Below are positions 48,917-58,222 of a stretch of DNA of 60,019 nucleotides, in pieces. The position numbers and the translations under genes are program-made. The DNA is taken from assembly GCA_034658815.1 (NCBI GenBank), contig JAYEFY010000048.1, positions 1 to 60,019 of the forward strand, in the 5' to 3' direction. Below the pieces are notes generated by a model. It was not told the origin of the DNA, searched no databases, and saw only the letters and a program-made list of their open reading frames with translations. Source of the DNA: Patescibacteria group bacterium. GTDB lineage: Bacteria > Patescibacteriota > Minisyncoccia > Moranbacterales > DUUL01. Each line of letters opens with the position of its first letter. Position 1 is the first letter of the stretch.

Positions 48917-49742
48917 TCTTTTTGGAATAAATTAATAATGCAATGCCTGTAATTGTCATACAAAAGCACAAAAGTTGTCCTACTGTCAATCCAAATAATG
49001 CTGTTCCGATGTGCCGATCCGGCTGGCGGAAAAATTCAATGATAAATCGAACTATGCCGTAACCGATCAAATATAGTCCCAGAAATTTTCCCTGAAGCTT
49101 TTTGCTGTTTCGCAGAGGCCAAAAAATAAGAAAAAGAAGTAAGCCTTCTCCGAAAGCCTCATAGAGCTGGGATGGATGGCGCGACAACCCGTCTCCATCA
49201 CGAAAATTCATTCCAATGTTGCTGTCTGTAGGTCTGCCGAAAAGCTCCCCGCTAAGAAAATTGCCTATTCGTCCCCACATGTAACCGATAGGAATTGCCG
49301 GAATGGCGAAATTGGCAAGTTGGGAAAATGACAGATCGTATTTCTTACCAAGCAAAAACCCGGCCAGAGCAATTCCAATAAGTCCGCCATGATATGAAAG
49401 GCCGTAAAAACCGGTATAAGCTCCCGATTGAAAAGGGAGCAGTGAATTCAGCGGATGCGCGATGAATTCTGATAGATCGTAAAAAAATAAATAGCCAAGC
49501 CGGGCGCCGACGACCAATCCGAAAAATAAGAATATGAACATATCTTCCAAGAGGCCTTTTTTTACATAAACGCCAAGTCTTTTTTGGATCTGTGTATCAT
49601 GCAAAACTCTCCAATGAAGGAACGAATATATTGTAATAAATCCGACAAGATAGCTTAAGGAGTACCAGCGCACTCCAAAAGAACCGATGTGAAACGCTAT
49701 CGGGTCAATGAGAAGAGGCAGATTGTGCCAAAATTCAATCAT
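48897..49742 (-). CDS. lgt: Prolipoprotein diacylglyceryl transferase
   Basis: VRWYSL, GARLGY, SYHGG, GRIGNF, RHPSQLYE, EFFRQPD. Confidence 0.94.
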   Translation of the reverse strand: MIEFWHNLPLLIDPIAFHIGSFGVRWYSLSYLVGFITIYSFLHWRVLHDTQIQKRLGVYVKKGLLEDMFIFLFFGLVVGARLGYLFFYDLSEFIAHPLNSLLPFQSGAYTGFYGLSYHGGLIGIALAGFLLGKKYDLSFSQLANFAIPAIPIGYMWGRIGNFLSGELFGRPTDSNIGMNFRDGDGLSRHPSQLYEAFGEGLLLFLIFWPLRNSKKLQGKFLGLYLIGYGIVRFIIEFFRQPDRHIGTALFGLTVGQLLCFCMTITGIALLIYSKKNEDPSV

Positions 49743-49850
49743 GGATAATATTCCTATTGTATGGCATAAAAAAGCATATGGCAATTTGTTGCGGTGTAGC
49801 GTTTTGAAATATTTGGTGTTTCAGGATATAATAGAATTGCTTGCTGGTAA

Positions 49851-49871
49851 AGCTAGTTTGGAAACAGCCCC
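49851..49871 (-). repeat. Solo terminus of the MITE-like family
   Basis: AGCTAGTTTGGAAACAGCCCC. Confidence 0.6.
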
Positions 49872-49915
49872 ATAATAGTTAATGAGTATTTGATTTTGTA
49901 ATTAAATAAGTAGAG

Positions 49916-51025
49916 ATGAAAATAATAAAAAAATTCAACATTTTATTTGCGAGCATATTACTCATTGGTGTTACCGTGGCTGTATTTACTTTTTTATGGT
50001 CCACACGAGAGAATATTGACTTTGATCGTTCAGCTACGGCCGGACACGCGAAATTAATGAAGAACAGTGATCAGCGGGAGCAAGTGCCGAACGAAGTTTC
50101 AGCGCAGGCGGTGGAAGGGGAGACTGTTTTACTGAATGCGTCGGAGTCGGATCATTTTGAAGGAACAGAAACCGAAAGTACGATAGAAGACAAGCAAATG
50201 GCTGATATCAAAGAAGGTCGGGAGAAAGCTAGGTTTTCGTTTATCGCGATCGGAGATTCTGAATCATACACCAATCACACGGGACATAAAGAAGAGCTGG
50301 AAACAGTTTTAAGTCAGGCGAAAGAGCACAAGCCTGATTTCACGATTTTTACCGGGGATATCATCATTACCGGTGATGCTTCGATCAAAGGAAATGAATC
50401 TCGAATATCGAATGTCAAGCATATGATCGAAAAATATTTTAACAATTACTATATTGCTTTCGGACAGCATGATATTGAATGCGGAAAAGACTGTATCGAT
50501 TCGTGGAAGAAGATCTTTTTTGATTTTACCGTCCAAACAGACGAAGACAGAAAGCTCTATTATTCATTTGATTATCTTAACACGCATTTTGTTTTGCTTT
50601 CCACTGACTATCCGGAAGAACGCTCAGTTGATCAGGCGCAATTATCATGGCTTGAAAAAGATCTTGGATCAAATTCGCAACCAAACACGATCGTTGTGCA
50701 GCACATTCCGCCGGTTACATTTTTTAAAAAATCAGCCAGAAAATGCCATGATCTAAGTTGCGTCCCGCATGTTCGCAATAAACTTCTATCACTGTATCGA
50801 AAGTATAATGTTGATTGCGTGATCTCCGGACATGAACATGCGTTTGACCACAAAATTGTTGATGGAATAGATTTTGTATTAAGCGGCAACACTGGAAATA
50901 AACCAAAATATAAGGGGGTGATAAAAGGCAATATTTATTCCCATTTTTCTATCGACGGAGAAAAAATCATGCTCAAAGCGATCAATACTGAGAATAAACT
51001 TATTAGGGAAATTAACATTAAATAA
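49916..51025 (+). CDS. Membrane-anchored calcineurin-like metallophosphoesterase
   Basis: IGDSE, FTGDII, FGQHD (variant of GNHD), QHIPP, SGHEH. Confidence 0.85.
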   Translation: MKIIKKFNILFASILLIGVTVAVFTFLWSTRENIDFDRSATAGHAKLMKNSDQREQVPNEVSAQAVEGETVLLNASESDHFEGTETESTIEDKQMADIKEGREKARFSFIAIGDSESYTNHTGHKEELETVLSQAKEHKPDFTIFTGDIIITGDASIKGNESRISNVKHMIEKYFNNYYIAFGQHDIECGKDCIDSWKKIFFDFTVQTDEDRKLYYSFDYLNTHFVLLSTDYPEERSVDQAQLSWLEKDLGSNSQPNTIVVQHIPPVTFFKKSARKCHDLSCVPHVRNKLLSLYRKYNVDCVISGHEHAFDHKIVDGIDFVLSGNTGNKPKYKGVIKGNIYSHFSIDGEKIMLKAINTENKLIREINIK

Positions 51026-51038
51026 CTACAACAAAACG

Positions 51039-51539
51039 ATGCCTATTGATCTGTTAATCAGTTTAGGAATTCCAAAGCAATACGCAGGCGATATTTTAGT
51101 GGCGCTATTGTATATTTTAACGAGTATCGGCGTGACAATATTTATAAAAAAAAGAGATCTTGGCGCGCTTCTTTTTTCCCTTTACATCGCTTACGCAATT
51201 GTTACGAAAACATTTTTTAAATTTGCTCAAAATCCAACTACGAAAGCCGTTATTTTAATTGTTTCGATTTTTTTATTATTTGCTCTTATCAAACATTATG
51301 TCAGAATGAAAATAAGCGGTGGTAAAATTATTGTTTGGGTGAAAACTTTATTGATCGCATTATCAATTGTGGGATTACTTGCCAGCATTGTTCTTCAATG
51401 GCTGCCGGCATTAATGTTAAAAGAATTTTTTACCGCTTTTTCGTCCGAGGTTTTTCTTTCCAAAGAAGCTCAATTGATCTGGATGATCGTGCCGCTTGTC
51501 CTTATTTTTATGTTAAAACATAAACAAAGAGTATACTGA
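51039..51539 (+). CDS. Hypothetical multi-pass membrane protein
   Basis: 166 aa, about five TM helices. Confidence 0.7.
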   Translation: MPIDLLISLGIPKQYAGDILVALLYILTSIGVTIFIKKRDLGALLFSLYIAYAIVTKTFFKFAQNPTTKAVILIVSIFLLFALIKHYVRMKISGGKIIVWVKTLLIALSIVGLLASIVLQWLPALMLKEFFTAFSSEVFLSKEAQLIWMIVPLVLIFMLKHKQRVY

Positions 51540-51627
51540 TCATGCTGCCAAGGCTTGCTTTTTATGCCGTTTTGTAATACGATCAGCTGGTTGGCTGAGA
51601 AAAGTTTTAATTTGACTGAAAGTTTTT

Positions 51628-53016
51628 ATGAATAAAAAGGGGGTTTTAAAGATAAGCACAGTACTAATGGTTTTTACTCTGGTAAGCATCCTTGCCGGTT
51701 TTTTGTTTTTCAAATTTGGAGGAACCGAGATGATCAATAAGAAGGCCATTATCGTCAATTCGCTTTCAGCGTTTGAAAAAGTCATACGGTTTCTTCCAGT
51801 TGAGAAAGATACCAAAAAAGAGATCAAAACAGTTGACAAGCTCATGGAAGCGTTTATGCGGCAAGACAATATAGAGCGGTCTTACCTGGTTCTTCTGCAG
51901 AACGATATGGAGCTTCGACCGGGGGGCGGATTTCTCGGCCAATACGCAGTGGTAAAAGTAAAAAATGGTGAAGTGATTTCAACTTTTATTGAAGATGCAA
52001 ATCTTCTTGATGAGAGAATTCATACCCGAGTTGCTTCTCCGTATCCGTTTCGCCGAATGATGAGCATTAAAAAATGGAAATTTCGCGATTCGAATTTCTC
52101 ACCCGATTTTTCTGAAAATGCTGAAAAAGCGAAGTACTTTTATCGTTTGGCGGGAAGATCAAGTAACTTTGATGGCGTTGTTTCCATTAATTCGAGTGTT
52201 CTTGATAGAGTTCTTGGACTTACCGGATCGATCAATGTTCCGGGATACGGTGTTTATGAGGCAGGTAGCGCGGTAATTAAATTAGAAGACCAAATTGAAC
52301 GCCCATATCTGATTAATCCCGAACTGGATACTAGAAACAGAAAGTACGTTTTAAAAAAAATGGCGCCGATTATTATTGATAAGCTTTTTACACTTGGAAA
52401 TATTAAAAAAGTTGCCGATTTTGGTCTTGAAGAGCTTCGAAGTAAAGATGTCATGCTGAATTTTGAAGATCCGGAGTTGCAAAAACTCGTAGAAGAAGTG
52501 CATTGGGGGGGCAGTGTCGCTGAAAAGTGGAGTGGAGATTATTTGATGCTTATTGACGCGAATATGGGTGCGTTAAAATCCGATTACTATATGAAGCGGG
52601 ATATTGTCTATACAGTTGATCTTACCGCGGAAAAGCCGACGGCGACGCTTGAATACACTTATACTCATACTGCCACTCATGGAAACTGGCGAACAAGCGA
52701 TTATCATTCTTATTTGCGCGTGTATGTTCCAAAAGGCTCGAATCTGCTTGAACGTAAAATGGTGAGTTATCCGAATGTGCAGGAAGAATTCAATAAAACA
52801 TATTTTGGTTTTATCGCGCATACGCTGATTGGCAGGCAAACAAAAGCGGTCATTAAATATGAACTGCCTGAAAGTGTTAAAGACAATTACGAGTTATTGA
52901 TCCAAAAGCAATCAGGTGTCGGTGATATTCCCGTCAAAATTCACATTATTTCACATAAAGGAAACTTTATTCAGGAAACGATTTTAAAAAAAGACGCAAG
53001 GTTCGAACTTAAATAA
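51628..53016 (+). CDS. DUF4012-like membrane-anchored protein
   Basis: YLVLLQNDMELRPGGGFLG, FRDSNFSPDF, DGVVSIN, DANMGALKSD. Confidence 0.82.
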   Translation: MNKKGVLKISTVLMVFTLVSILAGFLFFKFGGTEMINKKAIIVNSLSAFEKVIRFLPVEKDTKKEIKTVDKLMEAFMRQDNIERSYLVLLQNDMELRPGGGFLGQYAVVKVKNGEVISTFIEDANLLDERIHTRVASPYPFRRMMSIKKWKFRDSNFSPDFSENAEKAKYFYRLAGRSSNFDGVVSINSSVLDRVLGLTGSINVPGYGVYEAGSAVIKLEDQIERPYLINPELDTRNRKYVLKKMAPIIIDKLFTLGNIKKVADFGLEELRSKDVMLNFEDPELQKLVEEVHWGGSVAEKWSGDYLMLIDANMGALKSDYYMKRDIVYTVDLTAEKPTATLEYTYTHTATHGNWRTSDYHSYLRVYVPKGSNLLERKMVSYPNVQEEFNKTYFGFIAHTLIGRQTKAVIKYELPESVKDNYELLIQKQSGVGDIPVKIHIISHKGNFIQETILKKDARFELK

Positions 53017-53250
53017 AAAAATTATCGATCAACCGAAAACAAGAAATCCGATGACAAAGAATCGTTATCGGATTTTCTATTTTTTCATAGCGCTTGATTG
53101 CGTTTCCGTGAAAAAACTGTTAATATTACTTGTGAGAATAAATATTTGTTCTAGATTGCAAAACAGGGGAGGGACTAAACTAAAACGGTTTAGTCGTTTT
53201 TGTGACCAGTCCCTTGAAAATTTAAAATTGATGAAAGGAGGAGAATGCCG

Positions 53251-54159
53251 ATGATTTTATTTCCGAACGGATTATCCATATCAACTATTATAATCTCAAC
53301 GGCGTTGGGCCATTCTGGGAGAGGATTTTTTCCATATCTTCTACTTCCGAATTATCGGAGATTGGTATCAACGGTAAAGCAAGAAAAAATTTCGGTGGCG
53401 ACAAAGTCTTTCACTCGGTTTCCTCGCGTGGGCAATTTTGTTATGAAAGATCCGCGAACATGGGAATATGTTCAAAAGTTGCCTGATATGGGAATGCTCA
53501 ACGCGTATGGGCTTACCAATGATGGTGTTGAAAAATGCGCGAAACAAATTGCTATTTCCCGGAAAAAAGGTTTTAATGTTATTCCAAATTTCTATCCGGA
53601 ATTTGACAAAGGCAAAGAAATAGCGATTAAAGAAACGCTGGAAGCCGTAGGAATATTCTGCTTTTATTTCGGAACGGAAAAATGGATTTTGGAACTTAAC
53701 TTTTCCTGTCCAAATTCCAAAGAAATAATCGCGGAAAATATCCAAATGGCTTCAAAGTGTGTTACGGAAGTCAAAAAGTTGTATCCGGATGTCGTGATTA
53801 TTGCCAAGACAAGTATTGTTCATCCTTATCACTTTTATACAATACTTAGAAACGCTGGCGCTGATTGTATTCACGCTATCAATACCATTCCGTACACCAT
53901 GTTGTTTGATTCAATATCGCCGCTTGAAAATGTTGGCGGTGGCGGAGTTTCCGGCGGACCAGGTTTTCAAAAATCGTTTCCGTACATTATTGAAATTCCT
54001 AAATGGACATCGCTTCCGCTAATTTTCGGATGTGGAGTTATCAACTCACGCGATATGGAAATGTGTTTTGAGGCTGGCGCGCGGTCAGTCAGTATTTGCA
54101 CCTTAGCGGCACGCGATTCAAAAAAAGCGCGAAAATTGATTTGCGAGTTTGGAAGTTAA
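53251..54159 (+). CDS. pyrD: Dihydroorotate dehydrogenase (class 1-like)
   Basis: TKSFT, NAYGLTNDG, ELNFSCPN (catalytic Cys), AINT, GGVSG; strong SD. Confidence 0.82.
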   Translation: MILFPNGLSISTIIISTALGHSGRGFFPYLLLPNYRRLVSTVKQEKISVATKSFTRFPRVGNFVMKDPRTWEYVQKLPDMGMLNAYGLTNDGVEKCAKQIAISRKKGFNVIPNFYPEFDKGKEIAIKETLEAVGIFCFYFGTEKWILELNFSCPNSKEIIAENIQMASKCVTEVKKLYPDVVIIAKTSIVHPYHFYTILRNAGADCIHAINTIPYTMLFDSISPLENVGGGGVSGGPGFQKSFPYIIEIPKWTSLPLIFGCGVINSRDMEMCFEAGARSVSICTLAARDSKKARKLICEFGS

Positions 54160-54205
54160 TCAATAAACAAGTGCGTTGTTGCCCAAAAATACAAAGGAGA
54201 GAGAA

Positions 54206-55240
54206 ATGAATGAGATAAAAACAAGAAAACCGGATAATTGGCATGCCCATCCTCGGCAGGATGATTTGCTGGCAAGAGTATTCCATCATTTTAACATATA
54301 CGGCCGGGTGCTGTGCATGGGAAATACTTCGCCATTGATTGAGACTGCGAACGACGCGCTTCGCCATAAAAATGATATTTTGGCGCAAGGTGCGCTGTTT
54401 GAGCCGGTAATGTGAATTATGCTAACGCAAGACACAACGCCGGAAATAATTTTCAAAGCCGCAAAAAAGGGAATTAAGTTTGTAAAATTTATCCCTGTCG
54501 GCACATCAACTGGAGCCGTCAAAGGACTTCGGCTTGATGATTCTGATAAGCTGTATAAAATTTTTCCGGCGATTGAAGAAACAGGTATGTATTTGCCTTT
54601 GCATGCAGAATTAATGTCGTTTATAAATGGCAAAGCAATTCATTTACAGGATCGTGAGGAAGCGGCAATTAGTATAGTTTTCGCGTTTCATAAACATTTC
54701 CCTAAAATGAAAATTACCATTGAGCATGTTTCGACTGCTAAAATGATTAACTTTGTTCAATCGCAGGATAGCGCTAATGTGCGAGCCACCTTAACCCCAC
54801 AGCACGCGTTATTGACTTATTCAGATGTATTCGACCACAATGACCATTTGATTAACCCATATAACTATTGCTTGCCGGTCGCAAAAAAAGAAATTGACAG
54901 GCAAGCGGTTATTGCGGCCATGGTCAGTGGCGATGAGCGTTTTTTCGCCGGAGCGGACTCCGCTCCTCATTGGGCAAAACTCAAAGCCGGCGATAATCCG
55001 CCAGCAGGCATTTTTTTCGAACCAGCCGAGTTTCCGCTGTGGGTAAAAATTTTTGAGAGCAAGAGCGCTTTACATAGGCTTGAGAATTTCACTTCCCGCT
55101 TCGGAGCGGAATATTACGGCTATCCGTTAAATTCCGGTACGATTACTCTTGTGCAAGAAGAATGGGAACTGCCGATTATTGAAAATGGAATTCGTTACTG
55201 TAAAGGTGGAGAAATTATCAGATGGAAAGTGGTTGAATAA
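54206..55240 (+). pseudogene. pyrC: Dihydroorotase (E. coli-type) interrupted by one in-frame TGA at 54413-54415
   Basis: DNWHAHPR, MGNT, VKFIP, LHAE, IEHVST, GADSAPH all present; ORFs 54176-54415 and 54419-55240 are in the same frame (ATG TGA ATT ATG). Confidence 0.85.
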
Positions 55241-55261
55241 ACCTAGCCAAAAGGAGGGTGT

Positions 55262-55459
55262 ATGAAATTAAAAAAGTGGCGACTAAAAAAAGAAAGGCTG
55301 ACGAAAAAGAAGAAGAAAACAAAGAAGAAGCAAGAGAACAGAGAAAATCTTAGGAAGAAGAAAAAGTGAAATGTAATTCCCAAAAGCCCAGCCTGCGACA
55401 AGCAGGCGAAGAATAAAGGGATGTATTGTCAAGGATGTAAAGACAATAAATATAGGTAA
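55262..55459 (+). pseudogene. Small charged, Cys-containing ORF, broken or recoded
   Basis: Strong SD (AAGGAGG) then ATG; frame reads 35 Lys-rich codons, TGA (55367), then NVIPKSPACDKQAKNKGMYCQGCKDNKYR*. Confidence 0.4.
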
Positions 55460-55477
55460 AAACAGAAAAGGAGACAG

Positions 55478-56047
55478 ATGATGGAATTTTGGAAGAGATA
55501 CAAGATTGGAGTTTTTGGTTCGGCAGGCGGGAGTGAAATGGATGCGTGTAAGCAAGTTGCCCGAGTTATTGGTCAGCAGATTGCCAGATTTAAAGGTATT
55601 ATTTGCACTGGCGCTTGCCCTAGGCTTCCTCATGAAGCCGCTTTGGGAGCTGATGAAAAAGGTGGTGTGGTGTTCGGTTTTTCACCGGGAATGAATTTAA
55701 GTGACCATATTCAAAATTACCATGAGTTTCCTACTTTTCCGTATACTCTCATCTTTACTGGTATGGAAAAGAAAGGGCGGAACCTGATTAATACTCGTAC
55801 TTGCGATGCCGGTATTTTCATTTCTGGAAGATGGGGAACTATGAATGAATTTACCCTTATGTATGATGAAGGTGCGAACAAAGTAATTGGTCTCTTGGCA
55901 GGTTCAGGCGGTTTTGTTGACGGAAAGATTATTCCGGTTTTAAACGAAACCGAAAAACCAAGTAAGGCAAGAATTGTGATCGAAAACAACCCTGCATTTC
56001 TGGTAGAAGAAATTTTTCAACACTTGGCAGAAATCAAACAACTGTAA
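55478..56047 (+). CDS. LOG/SLOG-family protein
   Basis: IGVFGSA, TGACP, GFSPG, GRNLIN, GRWGTMNE, GSGG. Confidence 0.82.
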   Translation: MMEFWKRYKIGVFGSAGGSEMDACKQVARVIGQQIARFKGIICTGACPRLPHEAALGADEKGGVVFGFSPGMNLSDHIQNYHEFPTFPYTLIFTGMEKKGRNLINTRTCDAGIFISGRWGTMNEFTLMYDEGANKVIGLLAGSGGFVDGKIIPVLNETEKPSKARIVIENNPAFLVEEIFQHLAEIKQL

Positions 56048-56059
56048 GGAGGAATTAAC

Positions 56060-56875
56060 ATGAAAAGCCAGATACAGAAATCAACTTTGTTTTTACCGCT
56101 TGATGTGCCGACTCTTATTGAAGCTGGAAAGCACCTGGTTAAATTGGCGCCGCTCTACGATGTGGTTAAGGTTGGACTGGAGCTAATGAGTAATGTCGGC
56201 CAAGCTACTGCTATCAACCTGCCGAAAGTATTCGGCCGTGAAGTATTTGCGGATACTAAGTATTATGATATTCCGAATACTATTAAAGGCGCGGCTAAGG
56301 CTACAACTTCGCATGGTGTCGCGTATTTTAATGTCATAGCTGAAGGCACAAGACCTATGATGGAAGCAGCTATGGAAGGCGCGCATGAACGGGCGCAGGA
56401 ATGGGGTATTCCCAGACCAAAGATTATCGCCGTGACCATTCCAACGAGCCAGAAATACGAAGACTTATTAAGGAAGGGCATGGTTCCTAAGGACATGGAT
56501 GAGCCCAAGACACCGGAAGAACAGCAAGCATTTATCACTTACATTGTGATGAAGCTGGCTAAAGAAGCAGTTTCGGCCGGAGTAGATTGTCTTTTATCTT
56601 CACCTTTGGAAGCACCGGAAATGATAAAGCAGTGGTCTGATAAAGAAGTATTGACTCCGGGTATTCGCAATCCCGACTCGCCGCCGGACGATCAAAGCCG
56701 TAAAATGTCTCCCTATGAAGCCAGAAAAAAAGGTATTACTGGATTCGTAATTGGAAGACTGGTTTCACAACCGCCTGAAGGAAAAACCATGGAAGATATG
56801 GCCAGACTGGTTCGCCAGAATATTAAACGAGCCGAAGTAGAGCTGAACTACTATAACACAGCAGGAGGTGATTAA
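56060..56875 (+). CDS. pyrF: Orotidine-5'-phosphate decarboxylase
   Basis: LPLDV, VKVGLEL, DTKYYDIPNT (DxKxxD), TPGIR, DDQSR, VIGR. Confidence 0.9.
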   Translation: MKSQIQKSTLFLPLDVPTLIEAGKHLVKLAPLYDVVKVGLELMSNVGQATAINLPKVFGREVFADTKYYDIPNTIKGAAKATTSHGVAYFNVIAEGTRPMMEAAMEGAHERAQEWGIPRPKIIAVTIPTSQKYEDLLRKGMVPKDMDEPKTPEEQQAFITYIVMKLAKEAVSAGVDCLLSSPLEAPEMIKQWSDKEVLTPGIRNPDSPPDDQSRKMSPYEARKKGITGFVIGRLVSQPPEGKTMEDMARLVRQNIKRAEVELNYYNTAGGD

Positions 56876-57580
56876 ATGACACGCGATGAGCTACTATCAT
56901 TAGACCCAAAAGTTTTTGATAATTTCGTATTATCTCAGGACGAAATACTATCCTGGTTTTCAACACTCAATGCTTTTTGGGAGTATAGCGGTAACCCAAA
57001 GGATCCGCACGCGAAATTAACAACAGGAAAGTGCAGCAATGGTTTTTTCGACTGCCTACGGGTGATCCAATATCTTAATCTTTCAAGAATTTTAGCTAAT
57101 CAGTTGGCTAAAAAGATCCGAAAGGTTATTGGAAATACAAAGGTAGATCGAACTATCGGGTCGCCGATGGCAGATATTGAATTTGCCCGTGAGGTCGGTT
57201 GGGCTATCGGCGCCAAGGCCAGTAATTTCGTTGAGAAAGATCCGAAAATCAAAGGCAAGATGGTCTGGGAACGGATGACAATCCCAGAGAATGAAACAGT
57301 ACTTCAAATTGAGGAGCTGACTACAACTGCCGGAACGCTTTTGTCTGTGCGGGCGGCAATTGACGAAAGCAATCCCACTCCGATAAATTGGTTGCCGGTA
57401 GTCGGCATTCTCGTGCATCGGCCGCCAAAACTTCCCGCCGGTCCTTATGATAACCGGCAAATTATATCTTTAATTGAAAAGGAAATTTGGGCTGTTGATC
57501 CGCCGTGTGAGCTTTGCAAGAAAGGATCGCCGCGATGGCGTCCAAAAACCCATTGGAAAGAATTGACAGGAAAAGAATAA
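56876..57580 (+). CDS. pyrE: Orotate phosphoribosyltransferase-like protein
   Basis: AKLTTGKCSNGFFDC, LQIEELTTTAGT (variant PRPP-binding loop), operon position after pyrF. Confidence 0.75.
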   Translation: MTRDELLSLDPKVFDNFVLSQDEILSWFSTLNAFWEYSGNPKDPHAKLTTGKCSNGFFDCLRVIQYLNLSRILANQLAKKIRKVIGNTKVDRTIGSPMADIEFAREVGWAIGAKASNFVEKDPKIKGKMVWERMTIPENETVLQIEELTTTAGTLLSVRAAIDESNPTPINWLPVVGILVHRPPKLPAGPYDNRQIISLIEKEIWAVDPPCELCKKGSPRWRPKTHWKELTGKE

Positions 57581-57599
57581 GTCACCTTGTCTGTCAATA

Positions 57600-57704
57600 A
57601 CAAAAAGGGAAGTAGCACAAACAAGCTATTTCCCTTTTTTCTTTTTTACCCTATTACTATTAAGCAAAAAGCCGAAAGTCCAAACGGACAACTAGGCTTT
57701 TATT
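57600..57704. repeat. Direct repeat copy A (terminator-like hairpin plus a GTCCAAACGGAC hairpin)
   Basis: Aligns with 58223-58320. Confidence 0.8.
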
Positions 57705-57762
57705 TCTTGGCAATGAAAAAGCGGCGCCGCAATGGGAACCGCTCGGTTTGCTAGAATGGTAA

Positions 57763-58152
57763 TTATAAATTCACGCTTAAGGCCTTCAACCTGCATATCA
57801 GATGAACTGCTTCCTTTTTCCAATAGTCTGCCCCTCCATATTCATCAGGAAAACCACCAATGTATAATGTAAGGACATCTATCAAGAAAGGTTTAAGCTC
57901 CCTGATAAATGTTAGTTTTCCTGCGTATATACCGCTCATTTGCTCTGGAAAGTAAGGACATCCAAACCGCAATTGAACACTCTCTACGCCTTCCAAAAGT
58001 CTATCTGTCCACGCGCGCTTACCTTCATCCTTCCACCCTTTAAACGCCTCGGACCAATCCCCTCGGCACATTTTTAATGCAGTTAGTAGAGCATCCTTCT
58101 CCTCTTCCACAATGACCAACTCCATTAACTCTGACTTTTGTTCTTCTGCCAT
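57763..58152 (-). CDS. Hypothetical protein (129 aa) with a possible internal duplication
   Basis: SD AAGGAGG, upstream TTGACA; halves LVIVEEEKDALLTAL...WKDE and LTFIRELKPFLIDVL...WKKE resemble each other. Confidence 0.7.
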   Translation of the reverse strand: MAEEQKSELMELVIVEEEKDALLTALKMCRGDWSEAFKGWKDEGKRAWTDRLLEGVESVQLRFGCPYFPEQMSGIYAGKLTFIRELKPFLIDVLTLYIGGFPDEYGGADYWKKEAVHLICRLKALSVNL

Positions 58153-58222
58153 AACTTTTCCCTCCTTTGTGTATTTTAACTAAATTATTGAATATACTTT
58201 ATAAAATGTCAAGCGTTTAAAT

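Noticed and set aside
54413-54415. Genome-wide UGA reassignment (genetic code 25)
   Set aside because: Other long genes read through without internal TGA under code 11, and several end in TGA (e.g. 2220, 51539).
57664-57702. Integron attC site
   Set aside because: The hairpin lacks clear RYYYAAC/GTTRRRY boxes at the stem ends, there is no integrase, and the cassette has its own promoter. Kept only as an unexplained direct repeat.
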